DNA from: Actinomycetota bacterium
GTDB lineage: Bacteria; Actinomycetota; Acidimicrobiia; Acidimicrobiales; Ilumatobacteraceae
Direction of reading: 5' to 3'
NCBI GenBank assembly: GCA_005787785.1
Contig: SXZT01000038.1
Location: forward strand, 41,816 to 105,815
Length of the DNA stretch: 64,000 bases
Shown here: positions 37,810-46,589 of the stretch, piece after piece
Layout of the letters: every line of letters begins with the position of its first letter
Position numbering within the stretch: position 1 is the stretch's first letter
Translations under genes and position numbers: made by a program
Notes under the pieces: model-generated
What the model saw: the letters and a program-made list of their open reading frames with translations, nothing else
Database searches by the model: none
What the model was told of the DNA's origin: nothing

Positions 37810-38466
37810 ATGGACCTGTACAACGCTCTCTACACGACTCGCGCGATGCGTCGGGTGAAGCCCGACCCGATCCCGGACGATGTGGTCAAGAAGTTGCTCG
37901 ATGCGGCGATTCGCGCCCCGTCGGGTGGCAACCAGCAAAAGTGGCGCTTTTTGCTTCTCACCGACCCTTCGAAGAAGGCGCAATTGCAAAAGCTCTACCG
38001 CGAGGGCCTCACCGAGTTGAATGCCACCCAATACAAGGCCGTGATGGATCTGATCCAGAACGGAGACCCCAACGATCCCGAGGTCATTCAGGCCAAGAAG
38101 ACCAATGCGAGCGCCGAATGGCTTGCCGACAATCTCGACCAGGTTCCGCTCATCGTCTTCGCGTGGGGCAAGCCGAACGGGGAGAGTTCCATATACCCCG
38201 CTCTCTGGAGCCTCCAGCTGGCCGCGACAGCCGAGGGAATCGGTTCGGCCCTGACGACGCTCTTGTTCAAGAAGCACACCAAGCAGGTCCTTGACATTCT
38301 CGGGGCACCCGAACCGACGGAGTGGGTTCCGATGGCGATGGTGACATTGGGCTATCCGACCGGTCGTTGGGCTGTAGCGAAGCGCCAACCCGCGCACGAG
38401 GTCACGTTCCAGGATTCTTGGGGGAAGCCCGTTTCGTGGAGGGTCGACACGCCCCTCTGGCAGTAG
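37810..38466 (+). CDS. nitroreductase family protein
   Basis: ...LYTTRAMRRVKPDPIPDDVVKKLLDAAIRAPSGGNQQKWRFLLL... is the canonical nitroreductase N-terminal motif. Confidence 0.85.
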   Translation: MDLYNALYTTRAMRRVKPDPIPDDVVKKLLDAAIRAPSGGNQQKWRFLLLTDPSKKAQLQKLYREGLTELNATQYKAVMDLIQNGDPNDPEVIQAKKTNASAEWLADNLDQVPLIVFAWGKPNGESSIYPALWSLQLAATAEGIGSALTTLLFKKHTKQVLDILGAPEPTEWVPMAMVTLGYPTGRWAVAKRQPAHEVTFQDSWGKPVSWRVDTPLWQ

Positions 38467-38507
38467 CGTTCGATTACAGAAGCGCCTCACCACAGGACAC
38501 CGCACCG

Positions 38508-39329
38508 ATGACCACTACCCCTCGCAAGGCCGTCACCGTTCCTCTCTTCGCGGAGATGAAAACACGTGGCGAAAAAATCGCAATGATCACCGCCTACGAC
38601 GCGACCTTTGCTGCGATCGTCGATGCCGCAGGTGTCGATGTGATCCTCGTTGGAGACTCCGTTGCGACAACGGTGCAGGGCGAGGCCAACACCATTCCCG
38701 TCACGATGGAGGAGATGGAGTACCACGTCCGTTTGGTGCGACGTGCTGCACCAAAGGCCCTTGTCGTCGGCGATCTGCCGTTCGGGAGTTACCAAGTCGG
38801 ATCCGGACAGGCCGTCGCGAACTCCGTTCGGCTCATCAAGGCCGGCGCCCAAGCGGTCAAGCTCGAGGGTGGTCTCACGGTCGCCGACTCGGTGCGTGCG
38901 ATTGCAGATGCAGACATTCCAATCATGGGCCACATTGGCCTCACCCCCCAGAGCGTGCACCGCATGGGAGGCCACAAAGTGCAGGGTCGGCGCGAAGGTT
39001 TCGAAGCCGGTGGACGGCAACGACTCCTCGAAGACGCTCATGCGGTGGAGCAAGCGGGCGCATTCGCCGTCGTACTCGAGGGCATTCCGGCGCAACTCGG
39101 CGCGGAGATCACCTCGAAGTTGTCGATTCCGACCATTGGCATCGGCGCCGGAGCACAGTGCGACGGGCAGGTTCTGGTCTTGCACGACGTCCTCGGACTT
39201 TCCACGCGTGAACTCACGTTCACCAAGAAGTTCATCGATCTTCGCGGTGCGAGCACGGATGCCTGCCGACGGTACGTCGACGAAGTGCGCGCCGGAGCTT
39301 GGCCCGACGAAGCCCACTCGTTCGAGTAG
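38508..39329 (+). CDS. panB: 3-methyl-2-oxobutanoate hydroxymethyltransferase
   Basis: ...KIAMITAYDATFAAIVDAAGVDVILVGDS...MGHIGLTPQS...KLEGG... Strongly PanB. Confidence 0.95.
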   Translation: MTTTPRKAVTVPLFAEMKTRGEKIAMITAYDATFAAIVDAAGVDVILVGDSVATTVQGEANTIPVTMEEMEYHVRLVRRAAPKALVVGDLPFGSYQVGSGQAVANSVRLIKAGAQAVKLEGGLTVADSVRAIADADIPIMGHIGLTPQSVHRMGGHKVQGRREGFEAGGRQRLLEDAHAVEQAGAFAVVLEGIPAQLGAEITSKLSIPTIGIGAGAQCDGQVLVLHDVLGLSTRELTFTKKFIDLRGASTDACRRYVDEVRAGAWPDEAHSFE

Positions 39330-39343
39330 GCGCAGGACGCGTC

Positions 39344-40207
39344 TTGCGCATTGTCACGACGATCGCAGACGTTCGCACAGCCGTACGTGACGCGAAGTCG
39401 GCCGGTAGAGCCGTCTCATTCGTTCCCACGATGGGGGCGCTGCACGGTGGGCACGCATCTCTTCTCCATCGTGCTCGCAAAGAGGGATCGTTCGTCGTTG
39501 CATCGATCTTCGTCAACCCTCTCCAATTCAACGACCCCAACGACCTTGCCGCCTATCCGCGTACCGCTGAGGCCGATGAAGCGTTGTGCAAGAGCGCGGG
39601 AGTCGACCTGGTCTGGCGTCCCACAGCAGAGACGATCTATCCGGCGGATTTCGACACCCGCGTCGAGCCGGGCAAGTTGGCCGCGGGGCTTGAAGGTCTC
39701 CATCGTCCGGGTCATTTCGGTGGCATGGCAACTGTTGTCCTCAAATTGCTCAATGTCGTCACCCCGGACGTGGCGTTCTTCGGACTCAAGGACTTCCAAC
39801 AATTCGCGATCGTGCGACGCATGGTGCGGGACCTCGATGTGCCCGTGAAGATTGTCGGCTGCCCGACGGTACGCGAGGAAGATGGTCTCGCGATGTCCAG
39901 CCGCAACGCGAAACTTTCTCCCGAATCACGCATGCTTGCGGCACATCTGTCACGGGTCATTCATGCTGCAGCGCGGGCGATGCGATCGGGTGAGCGGGCC
40001 GATCGGGCGCGAGACCTCGCCTTCTCCGATCTTTCGTCACAGTCCGCGATAGAGATCGAGTACCTCGAGGTCGTTGACCGTGATTCTTTGCTACCCGTTG
40101 TCGACGAACCCACCGCAAATGCCGTCGTGTTGGTCGCGGCCGTCGTCGGTGGCATCCGTTTGATCGACAACGTCGAGGTTGTCCCACGAGACAAGGATTC
40201 ATCATGA
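39344..40207 (+). CDS. panC: pantoate--beta-alanine ligase
   Basis: ...VSFVPTMGALHGGH..., ...SIFVNPLQF..., ...FGLKDFQQ... TTG 39344 gives an N-terminus colinear with E. coli PanC. ORF-track TTG 39299 would overlap panB by 31 nt. Confidence 0.9.
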   Translation: MRIVTTIADVRTAVRDAKSAGRAVSFVPTMGALHGGHASLLHRARKEGSFVVASIFVNPLQFNDPNDLAAYPRTAEADEALCKSAGVDLVWRPTAETIYPADFDTRVEPGKLAAGLEGLHRPGHFGGMATVVLKLLNVVTPDVAFFGLKDFQQFAIVRRMVRDLDVPVKIVGCPTVREEDGLAMSSRNAKLSPESRMLAAHLSRVIHAAARAMRSGERADRARDLAFSDLSSQSAIEIEYLEVVDRDSLLPVVDEPTANAVVLVAAVVGGIRLIDNVEVVPRDKDSS

Positions 40208-40917
40208 ACCATTTCGATGCCGCGTACCTTGCTCACGAATACTTTCTGGCGCGACAGCGCATCACCCGACTGTTGGAGGGAAGAACACGAGAACTCGCAG
40301 GCCTGCCCGTGCAGACGTGCCCCGCATGGAACGTGCATGATCTCGTCGCGCACGTTGCAGGTATCGCAGCCGAGATCGTGAAGGGAAACGCCCCGGGCGC
40401 CGACTCGCAGTCTTGGGTGGATGCGATGATCGAGGCCCGTCGCGGCGTCGACCTCGACGGGCTACTCGAAGAATGGGCGACCGTCGGTCCGGTCTTCGAG
40501 GAGATGGCGGCCGAAACACGCCGGCTTTCGGTGCCGCTGTCCTACGACACGGTCGTTCACGAACACGACCTGCGCCACGCCATCGGCGCGCCGGGGGCGC
40601 GCGACTCGAGTGGGGTGATGGCGTCCATGGAGGTCGGCGTCTGGCTGATGTCGAACGATCTCGATCGTCGTCGGTTCGGGCGGGTCATTTTCCGCGCGGG
40701 TGGCCGTGAATGGTCGTGCGGATCGGGCGAGGTTCGCCTCCGACTCGATCTCGATACCGCGAGCCTGTCCGCCACTCCGGTGTGGGAATTGCTCCGCATC
40801 ACGGGAAGCAGGCGTAGTTTCGCCCAGGCGTCGGCCCTTCCCTGGATCGGGGACTTCGAGGACGGCCTGCCCGCACTGCTGCACATGGACCTCCCCGTCC
40901 AAGATGTGAACGAGTGA
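40204..40917 (+). CDS. DinB-like / mycothiol-dependent maleylpyruvate isomerase N-terminal domain family protein
   Basis: ...PVQTCPAWNVHDLVAHVAG... is the motif of the actinobacterial MDMPI_N/DinB-like family. Start overlaps the panC stop (ATGA). Confidence 0.65.
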   Translation: MNHFDAAYLAHEYFLARQRITRLLEGRTRELAGLPVQTCPAWNVHDLVAHVAGIAAEIVKGNAPGADSQSWVDAMIEARRGVDLDGLLEEWATVGPVFEEMAAETRRLSVPLSYDTVVHEHDLRHAIGAPGARDSSGVMASMEVGVWLMSNDLDRRRFGRVIFRAGGREWSCGSGEVRLRLDLDTASLSATPVWELLRITGSRRSFAQASALPWIGDFEDGLPALLHMDLPVQDVNE

Positions 40918-40919
40918 GC

Positions 40920-42371
40920 TCAGCGGTGAAGGTCCGGGTCCGTCTGGCGAACCCGCAGCCTGATCGAGTGAACCGCATCCCCCGACAGCACCCCACCTCT
41001 TCCGAGTAGGCGTCCATTCTGCCAATTGGCGAGACCCAGTTCAGGTCGCTCGAGCGCGAATTGTCCGTCGACCCATCTGGTGAATCCATCGCCGAAGAAC
41101 GGCGACTCACTGTTCTCCCAGGCCCACACAACTTCGTCGTCATCCTCGGACACGACGGACAGAACGAAGCGAGGGCTGTGGGTGTTGAACTTCGACACTG
41201 CATCTTTCACGGATGCCGCAACGATGACGGTCACTTCGGGAACCACGTCCCACTCCCACTCTTCGCCGGGATCGACCGCTTCCGCGCGAACATCGAGCCC
41301 GACGCGTCCATTCAAGGCTGCAACCGTCGACGGGGCCGCGTGCACGACAACCGTTCCACTCCGCCGGGTGGCTACCTCAGAAAGCGCATCACCGACCAGT
41401 GAAAGGGCCGTCGATGCGTTGGGCTCGAGAACGACGACGGTGTTGAGTGTGTTGCAGACCTTTCGATCGAGTGAATGCACGATCGCGGACCGCAGGCGAG
41501 AGGGCGGAATTTGCGACCCTGCCACCAGCCATGCACCACCGGTGCCGTGCAGTGACACCGGCGTACCGCATTGCCGGGCGATCTCCCCCAGTTGATCGAC
41601 GGCTTGGCCGGAACCACGGGCAACGGCGAGCGCCAACCGCGAGTCGTGAAAGAGAGCCCAGCCCGCGGCGTGCTCGGACGAGTCGACCAGGTTGACCGCA
41701 CCGCGGGGCAAGCCAGCCGAGTCGAGTGAGGGAATCAACAGATGGTCGCGAATCGCGCGCGCCGTGCCCAAGGCATCGCTTCCGATGCGAAACACAACCG
41801 AGTTGCCGCTCTTCAGGACACCGGTTGCATCGGCGAACACGTTGGGACGACCCTCGAACACGAACGCCACGACGCCGAGCGGCGCGCGCCAGGACTCGAC
41901 GGACCAACCTTCGTGATTGATCGTGGACATGATCCCCAAACGTTCGAACGCGAGACTCGCCCACATGCGCAGACCCGCTGCCATGTCGGTGCGCATCTTC
42001 GTGGTTATCTCCAGTCGGCCGCTCGGTCGGCCCCGCCGCCGAGCCGATTCGACATCGACTGCATTCGCGGCGAGCACGTGCGCGAACGCATGGTCGTCCT
42101 CGATGAGTTCCGCGAAACGCATGAAAAAGTCGTCGACGCGACTACTTGCCGTTCCCTGCAGCGCTGCAAAGCCTTCGACGGCGTCCGCGACCGCGGCATC
42201 AACCACGCGGCGAATCTCCGCCGGCACGACGAGGACGGTTCCCGTTGAACGAAGGGGGATCAGCCGTCCGCCCACTTGAAGCGTGCGGAGCATCTCGCCC
42301 GATAGTTCAACGAGGCGATCGCCCACCAGTATTCGATCACCCGAGCCCGGGCCCGCCGTGTCACCGTTCAT
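40920..42371 (-). CDS. divergent glutamate-5-semialdehyde dehydrogenase (ProA)-like aldehyde dehydrogenase
   Basis: Colinear with ProA (...APLGVVAFVFEGRPNVFADATGVLKSGNSVVFR..., ...RKVCNTLNTVVV...), but several canonical ProA motifs are altered and there is a roughly 45-aa N-terminal extension. ATG 42371 is chosen because the rest of ORF 40920..43286 is antisense to the MBL gene. Confidence 0.7.
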   Translation of the reverse strand: MNGDTAGPGSGDRILVGDRLVELSGEMLRTLQVGGRLIPLRSTGTVLVVPAEIRRVVDAAVADAVEGFAALQGTASSRVDDFFMRFAELIEDDHAFAHVLAANAVDVESARRRGRPSGRLEITTKMRTDMAAGLRMWASLAFERLGIMSTINHEGWSVESWRAPLGVVAFVFEGRPNVFADATGVLKSGNSVVFRIGSDALGTARAIRDHLLIPSLDSAGLPRGAVNLVDSSEHAAGWALFHDSRLALAVARGSGQAVDQLGEIARQCGTPVSLHGTGGAWLVAGSQIPPSRLRSAIVHSLDRKVCNTLNTVVVLEPNASTALSLVGDALSEVATRRSGTVVVHAAPSTVAALNGRVGLDVRAEAVDPGEEWEWDVVPEVTVIVAASVKDAVSKFNTHSPRFVLSVVSEDDDEVVWAWENSESPFFGDGFTRWVDGQFALERPELGLANWQNGRLLGRGGVLSGDAVHSIRLRVRQTDPDLHR

Positions 42372-42404
42372 CAGGTACGTCAGGGTACGCCATAACCTGT
42401 CCTC

Positions 42405-43127
42405 ATGATCGTCGATGACAGGTTCTATTTCCGTCAGCTGCTGTCGGGCAGGGACTTCGCGGTACGCAACGGTCTCGCGGCGCAGATGGTGAATTACGTG
42501 TACCTGCTGGGCGACCGTGCGACCCGTGAATGCGTCATCGTCGATCCCGCGTATGCCGTCGACGAGCTGCTTGCTGTGATCGAAGCCGACGGAATGACGC
42601 TCACGGGTGTCCTCGCCACGCACTACCACCCCGACCACATCGGCGGCTCGATGATGGGTCACCGGATCGACGGGATAGCTCATCTGCTCGAGACACACAA
42701 CGTGCCGATCCATGTCAACGAGGCCGAAGTCCCATGGGTCATTCGAACGACCGAGGTGGACAAGTCCCATCTCGTCGCCCATTCTGCCGGTGACACTCTC
42801 ACGATCGGCGAGGTCGACATCACATTCGTTCACACCCCGGGTCACACCCCCGGCAGTCAGTGTTTCCTCGCCTGTGGCTGTCTCATCTCCGGGGACACAC
42901 TGTTTCTCGACGGATGTGGACGCACGGACCTGCCGGGTTCCGACGCCGAGCAGATGTACGAGAGTCTCCAGACGTTGGCGCGGCTCCCCGACCAGACGAC
43001 GGTTTTTCCCGGACACCAATATTCCGCACCGCCCAGCGCGCCGATGTCGATGGTCCGCACGTCGAATTACGTGTTCAGAACACGCGACAAGGAGGCCTGG
43101 ATGGAGTGGTTCGGTCCCGGACGCTGA
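42405..43127 (+). CDS. MBL-fold metallo-hydrolase (glyoxalase II-like)
   Basis: THYHPDHIGG metal-binding motif, ...HTPGHTPGS..., ...GDTLF..GCGR.D... TAACCT box 6 nt upstream of the ATG. Confidence 0.85.
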   Translation: MIVDDRFYFRQLLSGRDFAVRNGLAAQMVNYVYLLGDRATRECVIVDPAYAVDELLAVIEADGMTLTGVLATHYHPDHIGGSMMGHRIDGIAHLLETHNVPIHVNEAEVPWVIRTTEVDKSHLVAHSAGDTLTIGEVDITFVHTPGHTPGSQCFLACGCLISGDTLFLDGCGRTDLPGSDAEQMYESLQTLARLPDQTTVFPGHQYSAPPSAPMSMVRTSNYVFRTRDKEAWMEWFGPGR

Positions 43128-43131
43128 ACTT

Positions 43132-43875
43132 CTACAACAGTCCTGACACGATCGAACTAATCGCGGTTGCCGCCAAGAGCGCAGCCACGATTCTCCAGAA
43201 CACGTCGGGCGACACCAAACCCCGCAGTCGGGCGCCCATGTACATGCCCATTCCGAGCCCGGGTACGGCCACGAGCATGCTGACAAGCGCTTCCCCGGTC
43301 AGTTTCCCCCCGATCGCATACATCGCGATGCTGACGAACGAAACGATACTGAAGACCGTGTTGATGGTCGCTCGAAAAACCTCGGGCGACAATCCCCGTG
43401 ATCGCAGCAGCAGCACGAGAGGCGGACCGTTGGTGGACGTCGATGTTGCGAGCACCCCTGACACGAATCCGGCCAGTCCTTCGAGTGTCTTTCCACCGAC
43501 TGGCGTGGCGACGTCCGATCTGACGACCGCCACCAACGCCACGAGAACGAAACCCCCGATGCCGACCCGCAACACGTCGGTGTCGACACGGTCCAAGATC
43601 ACCAGACCCAATGGCATGCCGAGAAACGAGGCGACCGTCAGGAGCCTCACGAGCCTCGCGTCGCGGTGGTGTCCGTCATTGATTGCTTGGTAAGTGTTCG
43701 AGGCAGTCCCGCAGATCGTGGACACCACGACGGCGGTTTTCAAATCGATGGCGAGACCCATCAACGGAACCGCCATCAGGGCAAAGCCAAAACCCGACAC
43801 CATCTGGGCACAGGCGGCGGCTGTCACGATCAGAGCTAGCAGCACAAGGTCGCCCGCACCCAGGAAACCGATCAT
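43132..43875 (-). CDS. sulfite exporter TauE/SafE family membrane protein
   Basis: 247 aa with about 8 hydrophobic helices and the internally duplicated TauE-type layout. Lies 24 nt downstream of the aminotransferase gene. Confidence 0.75.
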   Translation of the reverse strand: MIGFLGAGDLVLLALIVTAAACAQMVSGFGFALMAVPLMGLAIDLKTAVVVSTICGTASNTYQAINDGHHRDARLVRLLTVASFLGMPLGLVILDRVDTDVLRVGIGGFVLVALVAVVRSDVATPVGGKTLEGLAGFVSGVLATSTSTNGPPLVLLLRSRGLSPEVFRATINTVFSIVSFVSIAMYAIGGKLTGEALVSMLVAVPGLGMGMYMGARLRGLVSPDVFWRIVAALLAATAISSIVSGLL

Positions 43876-43899
43876 CGGACACTCAAAACCATCGACGCG

Positions 43900-45252
43900 T
43901 CAGGAGACCGTCAGCGCGTGGACGGCCTCTGCGAAGACCGCGGTGTGCCGCTCGACCTGATCCTTGGTGTGCGCAGGCGAAAAGAGCGCCATGTTGTGAA
44001 AGGGAGTCATGAGAATTCCCCTGTTGATTGCAAAGAGGTGCATGAATGCATCCAGTTCGTGGTCGACTGCCGCGGCCGCCTGCGCGCCGGTCCTCGGCGG
44101 TGGGCAGAACCAGTACTCAGCCCGGCAGCCGAGACGCTGTACGTGCCACGCCAAACCTACCGATTCGTAGCCACTGCGAACACCGTCGGTCCACATCTCT
44201 GCAAGGGGAATCATTCGCTCGAAGTCCTGCGCCCTGAGGGTCGATGACAGCGTCGCGCGAATCGCGGACAGCGAAAGCGCGTTGCCAGTGAGAGTGCCAC
44301 CGATCCCCGATACGTCGACGTCGTCCCCGCCGAGTGCATTCTCCAGCCGCAACGCAACATCAGACGACATACCGTACGCACCCGCGGGCATGCCGCCCCC
44401 GATGGGTTTGCCGATAACGAAGAAATCCGGCTCGAGGCCCCATTCGACAGTGCACCCACCCGGGCCCGCGCAGATCGTATGGGTCTCGTCGATGACGAGC
44501 AGTGTGCCCGCCTCGCGTGTCACCCGACGAACGTCGTCGAGATAGCCGGGTTCGGGCAGCACGATTCCAATGTTCGTGAGGGCGGGCTCCATCAAGACGC
44601 ACGCGACGTCACCATGCGCCAGGGCGCGCTCGAGAGCACGAATGTCGTTGAACGGAACCACCCGTGTCGTGAGATTTGGGTCGACTTGCGGACCGATTGC
44701 GCCCGGTCGACTGACGACACCACCAAGGCTCGAGAGAATCGCGAGCGTTTCGTCGACAGTTCCGTGATAGCACCAATCCATCACGCAGATTTTCGGTCTC
44801 TTTGTGAGCATCCGCGAAAGACGCAGAACGAAGCGATTGGCATCGGTGGCTGAAAGCGCCATTTGCCACTTCGGCAGACCGAATCGTCGGGCGAGTTCGT
44901 CGGCAACCCATGTTGCATCGAGCGACGGGAGCATCGTCGTGATGCCGCGCTTGGCTTGGGCGTGGAGAGCGTCCGCGACGGCGGACAGACCGTGACCCGT
45001 CATGGCGCCGGTGTCGCCGAGACAGAAATCGTCGTACTCGATGCCGTCCACGTCGACGAAGCGGCTTCCCTCGGCAGCCGCCACCGTCAGAGGAAACGAC
45101 CCCGGCCAGCGCGTCATCCACGGCATGGGCACACCCGACAGCAGACTGCGCGACGCTTCCCGCGCCAATTCGCGGGACCTGGGGTGCGATTCGTCGTATC
45201 GCGCCAGTTCCGCGACATGGAGCACCGCGAGACGACTGCGGTCTATTTGCAT
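43900..45252 (-). CDS. class-III (GSA-aminomutase-like) pyridoxal-phosphate aminotransferase
   Basis: ...LMEPALTNIG...LLVIDETHT...FVIGKPIGGG (PLP-Lys region). 450 aa. TAGTTT box 6 nt upstream of the ATG. Confidence 0.85.
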   Translation of the reverse strand: MQIDRSRLAVLHVAELARYDESHPRSRELAREASRSLLSGVPMPWMTRWPGSFPLTVAAAEGSRFVDVDGIEYDDFCLGDTGAMTGHGLSAVADALHAQAKRGITTMLPSLDATWVADELARRFGLPKWQMALSATDANRFVLRLSRMLTKRPKICVMDWCYHGTVDETLAILSSLGGVVSRPGAIGPQVDPNLTTRVVPFNDIRALERALAHGDVACVLMEPALTNIGIVLPEPGYLDDVRRVTREAGTLLVIDETHTICAGPGGCTVEWGLEPDFFVIGKPIGGGMPAGAYGMSSDVALRLENALGGDDVDVSGIGGTLTGNALSLSAIRATLSSTLRAQDFERMIPLAEMWTDGVRSGYESVGLAWHVQRLGCRAEYWFCPPPRTGAQAAAAVDHELDAFMHLFAINRGILMTPFHNMALFSPAHTKDQVERHTAVFAEAVHALTVS

Positions 45253-45331
45253 GGAGCCAAACTAGTCACCGTCAGATTGGGGTCACCATTACCCGGGTCG
45301 TCCAGTCCGTAATCTTGGTCAGAGACTCTCC

Positions 45332-46588
45332 ATGACTTCAATCAACTCGCCTTCGCTTGGTTCGACGCACATCAACGGCAACCGCTTGCTCCAGCGCCTC
45401 GACGCACTCGCCGAGATCGGCTCGACGGGAGACGGGGGTTGCTGCCGCGTCGCCCTCACCGATGAAGACAAAGCCGGCCGTGATCTCGTCGTGTCGTGGA
45501 TGCACGAACTTGACCTCGACGTGGTGGTCGACGCGATCGGCAATGTGTTCGGCACGTGGAACGTCGGCGTCGGCGCCCCGGTTATGACCGGTTCGCACAT
45601 CGACACGGTGCGCACCGGAGGAAAGTTTGACGGTAATTACGGTGTTCTTGCAGGACTCGAGGTCATCGAGACGTGCAAGGAACTTTCCATCACCCCCGAT
45701 CGTCCGTTGTGCGTCGCGATTTTCACCGACGAAGAAGGAGCACGTTTTGCTCCCGACATGCTCGGCAGTCTCGTGTACGTCGGCGGCCTCGCGCTCGAAG
45801 AGGCGCTCGACATCGAGTCGATCGACGGAAAACGTCTCGGCGACGAACTCGTCCGAATCGGATACGCCGGCGCCGCCCCGTGCCCCGGACCTGCACCCCA
45901 TGCGTTCGTCGAATTGCACATCGAGCAGGGTCCTGTACTTGAGGCGGAGGACCGAGCGTTCGGAGCCGTCACCGGCGTGCAGGGTATTTCATGGCAGGAA
46001 CTGACCATCGTCGGCCAGAGCAACCATGCGGGAACCACACCCATGAATCTCCGTCGAGATCCCGCATTCGTTGCGGCGATGATGACGGTTTATCTGCGGG
46101 ACATAGCCGAGCGTTTCGGTGGCGACCAGGTGTGCACAGTCGGCAAGGTCGACCTGCACCCGAATCTGATCAACGTTATTCCTGCCCGCGCGACGATCAC
46201 CCTCGACGTTCGCAACACCGACGAGGACACGCTGCGCGATGCCGAGCATCTCATCGACACTTTCTGTTTCCAGATCGAGCAGGACGAAGGTGTCTCCATC
46301 ACGAAGCGCCAGTTGGCGCGATTCGAACCCGTCACGTTCGACGAGCGTGTGATCGCACTGGTCGAGCGCCGTGCGCGGGAGGTCGATACCCGAGTAAAGC
46401 GCCTGCCGTCAGGCGCGGGCCACGATGCGCAAATGCTTGCCCGCTTTTGTCCCAGCGCAATGATCTTCGTCCCCAGCAAGGACGGCATCAGCCACAATGC
46501 CCGCGAACACACCGAACCCGACCAACTCGTCGATGGGGCAAACGTCCTGCTTCGCGTCATGCTCGATCTCACGGAAATGGAATTCTGA
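45332..46588 (+). CDS. M20-family amidohydrolase (allantoate amidohydrolase / N-carbamoyl-L-amino-acid hydrolase / beta-ureidopropionase group)
   Basis: ...LAEIGSTGDGGCCRVALTDEDKAGRDLVVSWM..., ...GSHIDTVRTGGKFDG..., ...FTDEEG..., ...SGAGHDA... are typical of the AmaB/AllC family. Confidence 0.85.
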   Translation: MTSINSPSLGSTHINGNRLLQRLDALAEIGSTGDGGCCRVALTDEDKAGRDLVVSWMHELDLDVVVDAIGNVFGTWNVGVGAPVMTGSHIDTVRTGGKFDGNYGVLAGLEVIETCKELSITPDRPLCVAIFTDEEGARFAPDMLGSLVYVGGLALEEALDIESIDGKRLGDELVRIGYAGAAPCPGPAPHAFVELHIEQGPVLEAEDRAFGAVTGVQGISWQELTIVGQSNHAGTTPMNLRRDPAFVAAMMTVYLRDIAERFGGDQVCTVGKVDLHPNLINVIPARATITLDVRNTDEDTLRDAEHLIDTFCFQIEQDEGVSITKRQLARFEPVTFDERVIALVERRAREVDTRVKRLPSGAGHDAQMLARFCPSAMIFVPSKDGISHNAREHTEPDQLVDGANVLLRVMLDLTEMEF

Positions 46589-46589
46589 A

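Noticed and set aside
42372-43286. Upstream 305 codons of ORF 40920..43286 (a 788-aa reading)
   Set aside because: It is antisense to the MBL hydrolase and TauE genes. ProA homology starts only after ATG 42371.
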